Assembly: GCA_965112155.1 (NCBI GenBank)
Contig: OZ218105.1
Length of the DNA stretch: 64,000 bases
DNA from: Podarcis liolepis
Lineage: Eukaryota
Direction: 5' to 3' (one strand)
Positions 1 through 12,498 of the stretch are shown in pieces. Every line of letters starts with the position of its first letter. Position 1 is the first letter of the stretch. Under the pieces are notes generated by a model that was not told where the DNA came from, did no database searches, and saw only the letters and a program-made list of their open reading frames with translations. Position numbers and translations under genes: made by a program.

Positions 1-1317
1 AAACCTACTTTTTCTAAACATTCTTGAATGAGGTCTTATTGCTTTATATAGCTGGTTGTTGCTGTTTTAAGCAACAATATTCTTTCATTGTGTTTTTAAT
101 TATTGTTGCAAACTGCCTTGATAAGGGGGAGTTTAAAACAAGAACTGTGTGGGAAGATGCTTGAAGCACTCAACCAGGTCGCCATATGGATCCTGCACCT
201 ATATGGCTACATTTAAAGAAGTCCCCTATGAAGCTGGCTTAATAATAGGCAAATCAAATCTTAATTCGGTCAAGTAAAAATAAAAAAAAATGCAAAGATT
301 TATCTTGACCGTAAGGCTCAAGTTTAGCACCACAGACTTAGGTGTTCTTTTCTGAATTATAGCACATAATAGAATGATGAAATGAAACAAACAATAAAGA
401 AGCAAACCAGCTTCTAGCTTAATCACCAATTTACAATGAAGGGATTTAGCTCAAATAAAATATATTGTGTGCAAAAACGGTCTGCAAATGCTACCACTGT
501 AAAACATGTCCTTGATTCAAGGACTACATTTAAAAATAATTTCCCTAACAATGGTTTGTTTTGTGTGTTCTTGCTTTGGGAAGCAATTTATTTTCATTGA
601 ATGTCCCCAAAATATCCCTAATGACCCCTGCAGAACGCTGGACAAATGCCCAGATGGCACAGTTGAAAGAGTTTACCTTTAGCTAATTAAGTCACATTAA
701 AGGTAACTGGAATGCATCAACTTACAAGGTAGCATAAAATAACTGAGAACAAGGTGGAAGGCATAACATTTACATGCCAGTTTCCCCATTAAATTTTCTA
801 TTTCCTAGTCAATTGAGGGGGAAAAACACATTTACATGGAGGAAATTCTTCATAGAAACTGCTTGGGGCAAGTGTTATTCTGCATTCATTAATGGAGTAT
901 ATATTCTTTAATATCTATAAGAGCTTGTGGCTATCCTTGCCAGCATACTGTACTTATCAGTGCAAACATTATCGAAAATTTCAAAGACATTTATAAGGAA
1001 TGTGTAGTTTCATGCTGAAAGACATCAATATTATTATCAATATACAGGCATACACAGAACAGCACATAACCACATAAAAATATAATCTTAAATACACATT
1101 AAAATCTAATGGCAGAGGAAGGTGATGGTGGGGTAGATGCCAAACTGATTCTGCAGGATTGAAGCCACTCCTATTGATAATAGTGCATGGTTGAGTCGCA
1201 TTGAAGATCAGTGTTGCAATAATTTTAAAAGCTGCCATAAAATGAGTCTGAAATACCCAGAACAAAGGGGCAGAAGAAGCAGAATAACTGCAGTCTGGCA
1301 AATGTGTTGTGACTTGA

Positions 1318-1456
1318 AGGCAAGCTCAGTTGGTTAGAGTAGGGTGCTGATAGTGCAGTTTGATCCCCATATGGGACAGCTGCATATTTCTGAATTGCAG
1401 GGGGCTGGACTAAATGATCCACAGGGTCTGTTTCAACTCTACAGTTCTATGATTCT
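1318..1456 (+). mobile_element. Short tRNA-derived SINE with CR1-type 3' tail (POM-SINE-like)
   Basis: A box agctcagttggttagag; tail ggactaaatgat...ttcaactctacagttctatgattcta matches the CR1 3' end at about 26350-26398; related inverted copy at 35402-35540. Confidence 0.7.
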
Positions 1457-1513
1457 AAGCAAGCAACAGAATCAAGTGCGCGCACACATAAAGTCTAATG
1501 TATACTGGACTAA

Positions 1514-4500
1514 CCCCTTCATGGATCACTGCCTTGCTGTGGTGAAGGGGGTTGAATAACTCAGAGAAGCTATGAGCTATGCTGTGCAGGGCCACCCAAG
1601 ATGGACAGGTCATAGTGGAGAGTTTTGACCAAACGTGATCCACCTGGAGCAGGAACAGGCAAGCCACTCCAGTATCCCTGCCAAGAAAACTCCATGGACA
1701 AAGACAACAGGCATATAAAAGTTATGACGCTGGAAGATGAGCCCCTCAGGTCGGAAGGCGTCCAACATGCTACTGAGGAAGAGCGGAGGACAAGTACAAG
1801 TAGATTCAGAGATGATGAAGCGGCTGGGCCAAAGCCGAAAGGACGCTCAGTTGCGGATATGCCTGGAAGCAAAAGCAAAGTCCAATGCTGTAAAGAAAAA
1901 TATTGCATAGGAACCTGGAATGTAAGAACCATGAACCTGGGTAAGTTGGATGTGGTCAAAAATGAGATGGCAAGAATAAATATTGACATCCTGGGCATCA
2001 GTGAACTAAAATGGACGGGAATGGGCGAATTCAGTTCGGATGACCATCACATCTACTACTGTGGGCAAGAATCCTGTAAAAGAAATGGAGTGGCCCTCAT
2101 AGTCAACAAAAGAGTGGCAAAAGCTGTACTGGGATGCAATCTCAAAAATGATAGAATGATCTCAATACGAACCCAAGGCAGACCTTTTAACATCACAGTA
2201 ATCCAAGTTTATGCACCAACCACTGGTGCTGAAGAAACTGAAATTGACCAATTCTATGAAGACTTACAACACCTTATAGAAATGACACCAAAGAAGGATG
2301 TTCTTCTCATTATAGGGGATTGGAATGCTAAAGTAGGGAGCCAAGAGATAAAAGGAACAACTGGCAAGTTTGGCCTTGGAGTTCAAAACGAAGCAGGGCA
2401 AAGGCTAATAGAGTTCTGCCAAGAGAACAAGCTGGTCACCACAAACACTCTTTTCCAACAACACAAGAGACGACTCTACACATGGACATCACCTGATGGG
2501 CAGCATCGAAATCAGATTGATTATATTCTCTGCAGCCAAAGATGGAGAAGCTCTATACAGTCAGCAAAAACAAGACCTGGAGCTGACTGTGACTCAGATC
2601 ATCAGCTTCTTATAGCAAAATTCAAGCTTAAACTGAAGAAAGTAGGAAAAACCACTGGGCCGGTAAGATACAATCTAGGTCAAATCCCTTATGAATACAC
2701 AGTGGAAGTGAGAACAGGTTTAAGGATTTAGATTTGGTGGACAGAGTGCCTGAAGAACTATGGATGGAGGCTCGTAACATTATACAGGAGGCAGCAACTA
2801 AAACCATCCCAATGAAAAGGAAATGCAATAAAGCAAAGTGGCTGTCCAACGAGGCCTTACAAATAGCGGGGGAGAGAAGGCAAGCAAAATGCGAGGGAGA
2901 CAGTGAAAGATACAGGAAATTGAATGCAGACTTCCAAAAAATAGCAAGGAGAGACAAGAAGGGCTTCTTAAACAAGCAATGCAAAGAAATAGAGGGAAAC
3001 AATAGAATGGGGAAAACCAGAGATCTGTTCAAGAAAATTGGAGATATGAAAGGAACATTTCGTACAAAGATTTCCATAATAAAAGACAAAAGTGGAAAGG
3101 ACCTAACAGAAGCAGAAGACATCAAGAAGAGATGGCAAGAATACACAGAGGAACTATACCAGAAAGAAATGGATGTCTCGTATACCCCAGGTAGTGTGGT
3201 TGCTGACCTTGAGCCAGACATCCTGGAGAGTGAAGTCAAATGGGCCTTAGAAAGCATTGCTAATAACAAGGCCAGTGGAAGTGATGATATTCCAGCTGAA
3301 CTATTTAAAATTTTAAAAGATGATGCTGTTAAGGTGCTACACTCAATATTCCAGCAAATGTGGAAAACTCAGCAGTGGCCAGAGGATTGGAGAAGATCAG
3401 TCTACATCCCAATCCCAAAGAAGGGCAGTGCCAAAGAATGCTCCAACTACCGCACAATTGCACTCATTTCACACGCTAGCAAGGTTATGCTTAAAATTCT
3501 ACAAGGCAGGTTTAAGCAGTATGTGGACCGAGAACTCCCAGAAGTGCAAGCTGGATTGAGAAGAGGCAGAGGAACCAGAGACCAAATTGCAAACATGCCC
3601 TGGATTATAGAGAAAGCTAGAGAGTTCCAGAAAGACATCTACTTCTGCTTCATTGACTATGCAAAAGCCTTTGACTGTGTCGACCACAGCAAACTATGGC
3701 AAGTTCTTAAAGAAATGGGAGTGCCTGATCACCTCATCTGTCTCCTGAGAAATCTCTACGTGGGACAAGAAGCTACAGTTAGAACTGGATATGGAACAAC
3801 TGATTGGTTCAAAATTGGGAAAGGAGTACGGCAAGGCTGTATATTGTCTCCCTGCTTATTTAACTTATATGCAGAATTCATCATGCGAAAGGCTGGGCTG
3901 GATGAATCCCAAGCCAGAATTAAGATTGCCGAAAGAAATATCAACAACCTCAGATATGAAGATGACACAACCTTGATGGCAGAAAGTGAGGAGGAATTAA
4001 AGAACCTTTTAATGAGGGTGAAAGAGGAGAGCGCAAAATATGGTCTGAAGCTCAACATTTAAAAAAAAACGAAGATCATGGCCACTGGTCCCATCACCTC
4101 CTGGCAAATAGAAGGGGAAGAAATGGAGGCAGTGAGAGATTTTACCTTCTTGGGCTCCATGATCACTACAGATGGTGACAGCAGTCACGAAATTAAAAGA
4201 CGCCTGCTCCTTGGAAGAAAGGCGATGGCAAACCTAGACAGGATCTTAAAAAGTAGAGACATCGCCTTACCAACAAAGGTCCGTATAGTTAAAGCCATGG
4301 TTTTTCCCAGTAGTGATGTATGGAAGTGAGAGCTGGACCATAAAGAAGGCTGATCGCTGAAGAATTGATGCTTTTGAACTATGGTGCTGGAGGAGACTCT
4401 TGAGAGTCCCATGGACTGCAAGAAGATCAAACGTATCCATTCTTAAGGAAATCAGCCCTGAGTGTTCACTGGAAGGACAGATTGTGAAGCTGAGGCTCCA

Positions 4501-4737
4501 ATACTTTGGCCACCTCATGAGAAGAGAAGACTCCCTGGAAAAGACCCTGATGTTGGGATAGATGGAGGGCAGAAGGAGAAGGGGACGACAGAGGACGAGA
4601 TGGTTGGACAGTGTTCTCAAAGCTACCAGCATGAGTCTGACCAAACTGCGGGAGGCAGTGGAAGACAGGAGTGCCTGGCGTGCTCTGGTTCATGGGGTCA
4701 CGAAGAGTCGGACCCGACTAAACGACCAAACAACAAA
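1514..4737 (+). mobile_element. Full-length BovB (RTE clade) LINE retrotransposon, about 3.2 kb, inactivated, antisense to SULF1
   Basis: BovB-type 5' region; APE endonuclease motifs (IGTWNVRT, LGISELKW, GDWNAK, QIDYIL, SDH) followed by RT motifs (FIDYAKAFD, GVRQGCILSP, YEDD for YADD); (CAA)n tail; 12-bp TSD atactggactaa 1502-1513 / atactgaactaa 4738-4749. Confidence 0.95.
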
Positions 4738-4744
4738 ATACTGA
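1694..4744 (+). pseudogene. Disrupted BovB endonuclease/reverse transcriptase ORF
   Basis: Track ORFs 1625-2731, 2734-4062, 4078-4329 and 4562-4744 are collinear pieces. Lesions: frameshift near 2710, in-frame TAA 4060-4062, +1 T near 4305, TGA 4358-4360, TAG 4559-4561. Confidence 0.92.
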
Positions 4745-4832
4745 ACTAAAGATAACCCAAAGCCAACATCAATTTTGGATACGCACAACTCTTTCAACTC
4801 AATTTCAGCCTCGGTGAGGCAATTAAGTACAA

Positions 4833-5180
4833 ATGGGTGACTATCAAATTCTGTTTCTCTCACTTCCTCGTTTTTCCAATCTTAATTCTGCACATTTTCA
4901 CATCAGTTTGCATTTTTTTAAAAAGCTGAAAATGTGTTGCCGTTTTTGTGTGAATTTCTCCTACCATTCAGATTTCTGTATGCAATTTCTCCTAATAGAC
5001 ACAGTTTCGCAAAGCAATTTTAACTAACAGAATGCATCTTTATGTTATGTTTGTACACATAACTTGGACGGAGAACCACACTGCAAAATTTGGAGAAGTG
5101 TGAATTTTGAAGTATGGCTGTATTTCAGTTCATATATTGTTTTGCTCAGTGCAAGTTAGATAATTTCACCCCAATCCCTA
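4833..5180. repeat. Unclassified interspersed repeat; inverted copy at about 52340-52680
   Basis: tttctctcacttcctcgtttttc...cacattttcacatcagtttgca matches the reverse complement of 52600-52655. Confidence 0.55.
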
Positions 5181-5358
5181 GGAGAAACCCAGTTATTCCC
5201 TAAGGCTCAAAATTATGTGCAAGCACGAGAGGGTTTTTCCCCACTCTTAAACTTGCCTCTCATTCTATGGACTAGACAACTTACCATCCCATGTGTCCTG
5301 TGAATGATAGTGGAAGAATGTGCAACCTTGTACCCAAAACTGTCCCTTACATTTACTT

Positions 5359-5379
5359 ACACACACACACACACACACA
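5359..5379. repeat. (AC)n microsatellite
   Basis: Direct inspection. Confidence 0.95.
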
Positions 5380-6652
5380 ACCTAGAGTCTGGGCTTTTGT
5401 TTGATGATCCTACTTAAAGTTTCCTGTGCACCATAATTGCTTTTGTAAATGCTACAAGGTTGTTTCAAAAATCAATAATGTCAGCAGTCATGTTTATATG
5501 CAGTGTCATAATATGAAATGCTTTTAGTGGATTCTTGGGACTGTCCGTCTGGCTAACCACTTGGCTAACCCAGCTTTTACCTGCTGATGTGTTTCAACTG
5601 TACTCTATTGCTACCCATAAAGGTGACCTTTACCAGTATATGAATGGATACTTATTTATTTTGGGAGCACAGAGAGAGCGCCAAATGAGACTCTGCATTA
5701 AACGGCACCCTAAACTTCCTTTGAAGTATTAAATGCTCCTCAAGTAAAAGCAGCAATCTTTACAAAACTGTACAACTCATGGGTCTCTGAGCAACTTCTA
5801 GGACAAAGCAACAAAACAGACATGAAATCTGTCATTAACATAAAAGCTGCTTTGAGAAACAGTAAATGCGTTAACAAAAGTGACATAAAACTACTGCTAG
5901 CTTTTTCCAAAGCTAATGCCAAACATCTAAGAAAACCCCTTCAGCTGTTCTAAGGGTGGACTCAGGCAATCCTCCTCTTTAGACCACACAGCGATACTTT
6001 CCATAGCTTGGAATTCACATAAAACTGAAAAGGACTGGCATACATTTGATTTCTACAGCCTTCCTCTGGAGCTGGGTGAGAGGAGGCCTTGTCCTGTTGA
6101 TTATAGAGAATAGAACCCATCTCATCTAACACCCTGTTTCCAGCATCAACTTACCAGATATCTCCAAAATATTCACAAGCTGAGCCTAAAGGCAGCACCA
6201 GTGTTACATCTGGCAGTGCCCTTGACACCATCCCAAGTCTCCGCTTGTTTCTCCCTGTGGCAGCAGCTGGAATGTGACAGTGTGGGTCTTTTTACTATCA
6301 GCACCTCAGCAGCAGCAATAGCAGCAGAAAGGTGTAGCAGCAGCAAACACAGCAATCTAGACAGCCAGTGCTTCTGTTGGCACCTAACACTGAAAAGAAT
6401 TCCTCCCACAATCTCCGAGGAGCTGATGTAGAGTTGCTTTGGGTGGATGCCAGCCAGGCCAAAAGCCAGCAAGTGTCTGGCACTGGGAGAAGCCTCAGGC
6501 CCAGGAAGCTTTAGGTAGCAGTCTGTTTGCTGACAGGCCCTCCTGAGGGCTCAGGCCATTGGCAACTGCCCACTGGTGTCAACTTCTGGTGCCAGATCTA
6601 CATGAAGACACCAGTCCTCTCCCACTTGTTTTAACTGTTTGGCAGAGGAACA

Positions 6653-6805
6653 AACTACCTCGGAAGATGGCGGACTCTCCTTCACTGGAGGTTTTTAAAC
6701 AGAGGTTGGGTGGCCATCTGCCTGGGGTTCTTTAGCTGTGATTCCTGCATTGGACTAGATAACTCTTTGAAGTCCCTTCCAACTCTACAATATTTTCAGT
6801 ATGAT
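6653..6805 (+). mobile_element. CR1 LINE 3' fragment
   Basis: ggactctccttcactggaggtttttaaacagagg...gtcccttccaactctac, homologous to 26250-26398. Confidence 0.8.
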
Positions 6806-6943
6806 TTGCTTCCCAGGATCTAGTGTCTAAGAGGCCAGAACCTGGAAGTTTCATTTGGCTCGTATGGAGAGGAAGAACCATATGTGCACTGCCTTGAGCT
6901 CCTTGGGAGAGAGGTAGGATATAAAAGTAATTTCAAAAAATTA

Positions 6944-7162
<219 letters not shown>

Positions 7163-7781
7163 TTATTAAAAAAAAAGAAAAGAAGCAGCACTCTAAGGCA
7201 TTTATAAGTAGCACACATGAATAAATTGCTTACAGGTATCCTGACAATCAAGCAATATAGAAAATGTCGTGAAATAAATAAGGCAAGCTTTCCCTGTAGC
7301 AGTAGCAAATAACAAAAAGCCAAGAAAAAGCCAATGTGGTACGTTCCCAGATATTGCTGTACTGCAACTCCCACCAGCCCCACCCAGCATGGGAAATGTT
7401 CAGGGACGATGAGAATGGTAGTCTGATAACCTTTGAGAACTAAGTGAGCTATGTGCCTTGAGATGAACGCTGTTCATCAGGCCCAGGGTAAAAACCTGGA
7501 AATGGCTTTCATCTGTATCTTTGGGGATTTCTCTGTTTCAGCCAAAGTTATCCCCTTTCATAAGACCTTCTACTGTTAAGAAGATGTGTGGAAGCCCCGG
7601 GCAAGCCCTTTCCAGATATGACACCCCCCAAAAGAATATAAGTAGGGAGGGCAGCACTGAAGATGTCACCCCTGAAATGATGCATGCACATTAGAACACC
7701 TGAGCAGAGTCCCTACACAGACTGCCATGCACACAAGCCCTTTTCCTGTGAAAGATTCTGCATCACAGGAGATGGGAGATA

Positions 7782-7974
7782 CAGCCGTATCTCGTGTTAA
7801 AGAACGGGTTACTTCCAGGTTTCGCTGCTCACGCATGTGCGGACGCTCAAAATGACATCATGCGCAGAAGCAGCGAGTTGCGACCCGTGCACATGCGCAG
7901 ACGCAGGTTGCGTTCTGCACAGGTTGCAAACGGGGCTCTGGAACGGATCCCGTTCACAACCAGAGGTACCACTG
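7782..7974. mobile_element. Tc1/mariner-superfamily MITE
   Basis: TA|cagccgtatctc ... gaggtaccactg|TA; CpG-rich interior. Confidence 0.75.
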
Positions 7975-8751
7975 TACTTGCACAGTTGAAACTCCCTTCT
8001 TCAGACTCTTCCCCAACCCCACTCTCACTGTGGGAATGGGAGAGTGAAGGGGATAAAAGAGTTCAGGAAGCAGAACCACACTCTGGCCATGACACAACTA
8101 AGGGGCGGGTGCCTGACCAGAGTTATGAAGGCTCCTTCATGCATTCTAATAAACGTGCATAGGTCAAGGGCAGCAGCTTATTGCTCCCATGTACATATTA
8201 ATGTCCAAAAAGGAACAATGCACGCGCACGCACACACACACACTGCAGATGCTCCTCTCCCTATTCCCAAGAAGAGCAGGCTGCTTAAGGCAACTCATCA
8301 GTGAGAGGGAGGTTCTCTGGATGTGCTCACACACACAACTGTCTTTATTACTGTTTCATATTATTTCGGGGTTGACCTCAGGCATCAAAAATGCCAAGTC
8401 TCAACGTCCGACACATGAACCATGAGTCAGAGGCTGTTGCTGCAGGACTATGGATCTTGCAAAGACCTCTTGGCATTGGACAAACAGCTAAGAGCAGCAA
8501 TTAACAGACAAGCTGAAGGAAAGAAAAACAATGGGATCTGGAAAATTGCTGGATGAAGCTGCTTTGAGGTAAGGAATGAGCTTCACAGACTGCAGTGTCA
8601 ATGGCAGCAAACAAATGGGCCAAGCTACCAGAAAGAAGGAAGCCAGATCTGTGCATTTACACGCAACATTTATTGCTTCGCTGCCCATTAAAAAAAAGTG
8701 CAGTTGCCCACCAGGAAGATTTTCCCAGAACTCTCTCAGCCCCAATAATTA

Positions 8752-8859
<108 letters not shown>

Positions 8860-9073
8860 CTAGGCAATTAAAGGTGAACTATTTATTTTCCCTCCAAACC
8901 AACTAGCTGCCCACATGTTCCCACAGTTTTAGAAATGTGTTCTTTAAAATAGGTTTAAGCTGGGAAAGCAGGGCCCGACTCCACTAGTTTCACCACAATT
9001 CGTTTTCTATCTGCTTATTGATTTACTCAGGCATTTGCTACCAGACAGCCTTCAAGAAGGAGCTTTAACTCAC

Positions 9074-9202
9074 CTGTTTCCTGCTTTTTCAAGGTCCAGC
9101 AGTTTTAGAATAGATTTGCCATCCATATCGGGAGGCGTGTCAAGTCCTGCAATATCCAAAACTGTTGGAGCAAGGTCAATATTCAGTACTAACTGAGATA
9201 CT
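9074..9202 (-). CDS. SULF1: SULF1 coding exon 7 (129 bp; absent from the ORF track)
   Basis: Manual translation [42 protein letters not shown]; acceptor ttttgcag|, donor |gtgagt. Confidence 0.96.
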
Positions 9203-9766
9203 CTGCAAAATTACAAGAAAAGGTCAGAGTTATATTAGGCACGTTGGAAGCAACCTTTCACATCCTTGTTGAATTTGAACGGCAATTACTTCCAGTGTAG
9301 TACTTTGATGTCAAACTGTATATAATAGGAGTGAAATCTAAAAGTTCCCCTTACTGTGCAATTAGCAGGAACATGCTAATACTGTACCAAGACATTTTTT
9401 AAATATGAGTCTAGGTTAAGCAGTGATATGAAGCAGACATTCTTCTCTTGCCAGTAGACTCATCACAAAATCTATATTTATGTAGCCTGCTACGCCACCA
9501 TGAGTACAATATATCTTCACATGACCCTAATAACTCTTTAGCAGCAAGTCACAAAAGAAGAACTGCACAGGGCTATAATAAAACAATGAAGGAGCTTCAT
9601 TATACCTTTAGCAAGTGCTTTTTTTCTTTCTCTCTCTCTTTCTCTCTCTCTAAAGGGGAGGGGGTAGGTTTGATCTTCATAGCCAATGCTTTGCAATAAT
9701 CTTGTTGAAATAAAAACTAGCCACTTAAGAAGGACAATCAAATGTGCTTACAAATATTTTACATTA

Positions 9767-10024
<258 letters not shown>

Positions 10025-11380
10025 TCAAATCTATCACACACACAGCAGGCATATATAAGCAAATATATGCAAACGATCTTATATGGTTGCATTTCGGTGT
10101 TGAACCAAAACCACCAAGGCAGCAACTTTTCATATTGTAGTTTATTAGGGTTTTTGAGATAGCTTGTGGGTTTCACACAATATATGTCCACTGCAAATAT
10201 CCTGTACAGTGAGTGACCACTGTTGGTTGTAACCGTATCTGTCTCAATAGCAGAGGATGGACAAAGGCAGTTGTAAATCATTTGCTACTGAAAAGTCTTC
10301 CTCTCGTGTGGTTATGGAGCCACATGGATATGTCTTAGACCATTATTCCTTCTAAGAACACCCAGTATCCTCTACTCTAGGTAGCTCATCAAGGCCTCAA
10401 GTGAAGATCTTTCCCAGACCTTCCATTAGAGATTTTCTATCCACGAAGATGCCAGGGAACCTTCTACCTGCCTACAATGTGCTGTATCAAAAAGAGAGAA
10501 CAACATTATAGTGAGTGTTTCACAGAAATGGTGCCTGCAGAATGAATCGCTCCAGAAGATTCAAGCCAGTGGGTTGGATTTGTGGACGCTTCTGCCAATA
10601 GATATAGCTCCTCTAGATCCAAACAAATGAGCTCAACCACATGGTATATATCTATATATTCTCTCCATTTGCTAAATCCAATTCAGTCTTTTCCTATCAG
10701 AAATGGAATTACTTTTTGCCACATTTAACAATAGAAAATGACTTCTTATGGCAGTCGTGCATGGTTATAGATATGCAATTCAGATATTTGTCCAAGGAAC
10801 TATAAGGCAAGTAATATCTGTATCCAAAGCCGCCTTCCCACCATTCCAGAGGAGTAAATCTCCTTTTGAGAAAAGGTCTTAGTCAAGTTAAGAAAATAAC
10901 CTACAGAACACAAATTAAAACGCAGCCTAACTCTGCCAAACTGCTGAAAGATTTCCTGGATATGGTTGCTTCTTCAGAATTGCTTGTTAGCGTTATAAAT
11001 AATACCACATCATTCTATGCCATTTCCCCTCGTACAAAGAGCTGCAGAATTCTGGGCAGACATCTCCTTTATGATAGGAAAGACCTATCTCTCCCTCACC
11101 CCCTTTGTTCCTCCCCCTTTCAACAGAGAAGTATGAACCAGGGAAAGAAAGAGGGGGGAGTGCCTCTTTGGGGTTAACACCAATGTGGGAAATACTGTAT
11201 TCTGGGACAGGGATTCATTATTCTGCTAACTACTTCTTCTTCTTTCTCCTTTGGCAATCACTCATAGCCAAGTAAGATAGCCTTCCATGAACACAATATT
11301 ACTAAGGGGCTCGTGACAGCAGCAGGATTAAAGAGAGTGGAAGGCTAAAAAATTGTTTTCAAGATTTTCATTTTGCTCAC

Positions 11381-11531
11381 CCTTTCCATGGAGTCATCAA
11401 CTGACAGCAAAGTTTGAAGTCGTTTGCGCTGCAAGGTATTTGTGAATTCCATGTGGATAGGAAGCATGGGACCTGTATATTGCATGATCCAATGCTTATC
11501 CATATTTGGTGCATAGTTGTAACTGGGAGTT
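11381..11531 (-). CDS. SULF1: SULF1 coding exon 5 (151 bp; absent from the ORF track)
   Basis: Manual translation [51 protein letters not shown]; (CT)n/T-run then aag| acceptor, donor |gtgagc. Confidence 0.96.
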
Positions 11532-12285
11532 CTTAAAAAAAAGAGAGAGAGAAAGAGAGAGATGATAGTTTAGAAGCTTCCAAAAGTTCGTTTCTCTTGT
11601 TAATACCTGCACGCTTTGCCCGTAAAATGCCTGATTTGATATGATTTGCATGCTTAGCATAACAGGATCTTTGAAAAAAATGTGATAAAAGAAAATACAT
11701 TTTCATAAATCAGGAGGTAAGATTAAGCAATAGCAACTAAGCAAATCCAGCTGTATACACTGTAGATCTGGGATCTGACCCAGTTACAACTCCAGTATTC
11801 TATGCATTAACTCTGAGATGTTTTCTGAAGCCCTTCATCACAATAAGCAGGTGTCTGGGAAAGAATACCCAGATCGCACAAATTTTCATTTTCTTTTAAC
11901 ATGATTAGAAGATGGTGTCATATCCTACAACATACGTAATTGTGCTCCTCACATCTATGCGCCTACTGTTCCTGGTTTTTTCTTCTGCAGAAAAAAAATA
12001 TAGTTCAATGCTGAATAGCATTGAATGTGCTTACATTCCAACATGACACAGTCTTTTTGAACAGAAAGGTTTTGCTTGTACACCACCACCATTTCCTTTA
12101 CATAGACAGATTTCATCAGTTCTCTGTAGCATCTTTACCTGCTTTGCTCCTACAACATATTTATTTATTCATTTCTACATTAAATCTGAGGCAGGAGAGG
12201 CCCTAGATCGAAATGATCTTGAATCTTAGAAAGACAGAGGCCTTAGGGGTGGGTGGTTCTTGTGGTGGGAGATAGATCAACTGCC

Positions 12286-12498
12286 CAGTGGCGGAGCTTC
12301 ATGCTCCAGAACCGGGGGCAGAGAGCAGGCGGGAGCGGGGCTGGTGTGCACCCTGGGAGTGGGGCGCACCGTCCACAGGGGTGGGGCACGCATCCTGGGG
12401 GTGGAGCATGCAGGCAGGGGCAGCTGCGATGGCACCCTGCCGGGATTGCATTGCCGGGGGCAGTGCGCTCCTCCCGCACTCCTCTTCCTCCACCAGTG
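12286..12498. mobile_element. GC-rich non-autonomous hAT element
   Basis: Imperfect TIRs cagtggcggag / ctccaccagtg; exact 8-bp TSD caactgcc at 12278-12285 and 12499-12506. Confidence 0.85.

Noticed and set aside
2628-3269. 213-aa antisense ORF and other ORFs overlapping BovB
   Set aside because: Shadow frames of the LINE coding sequence with no independent features.
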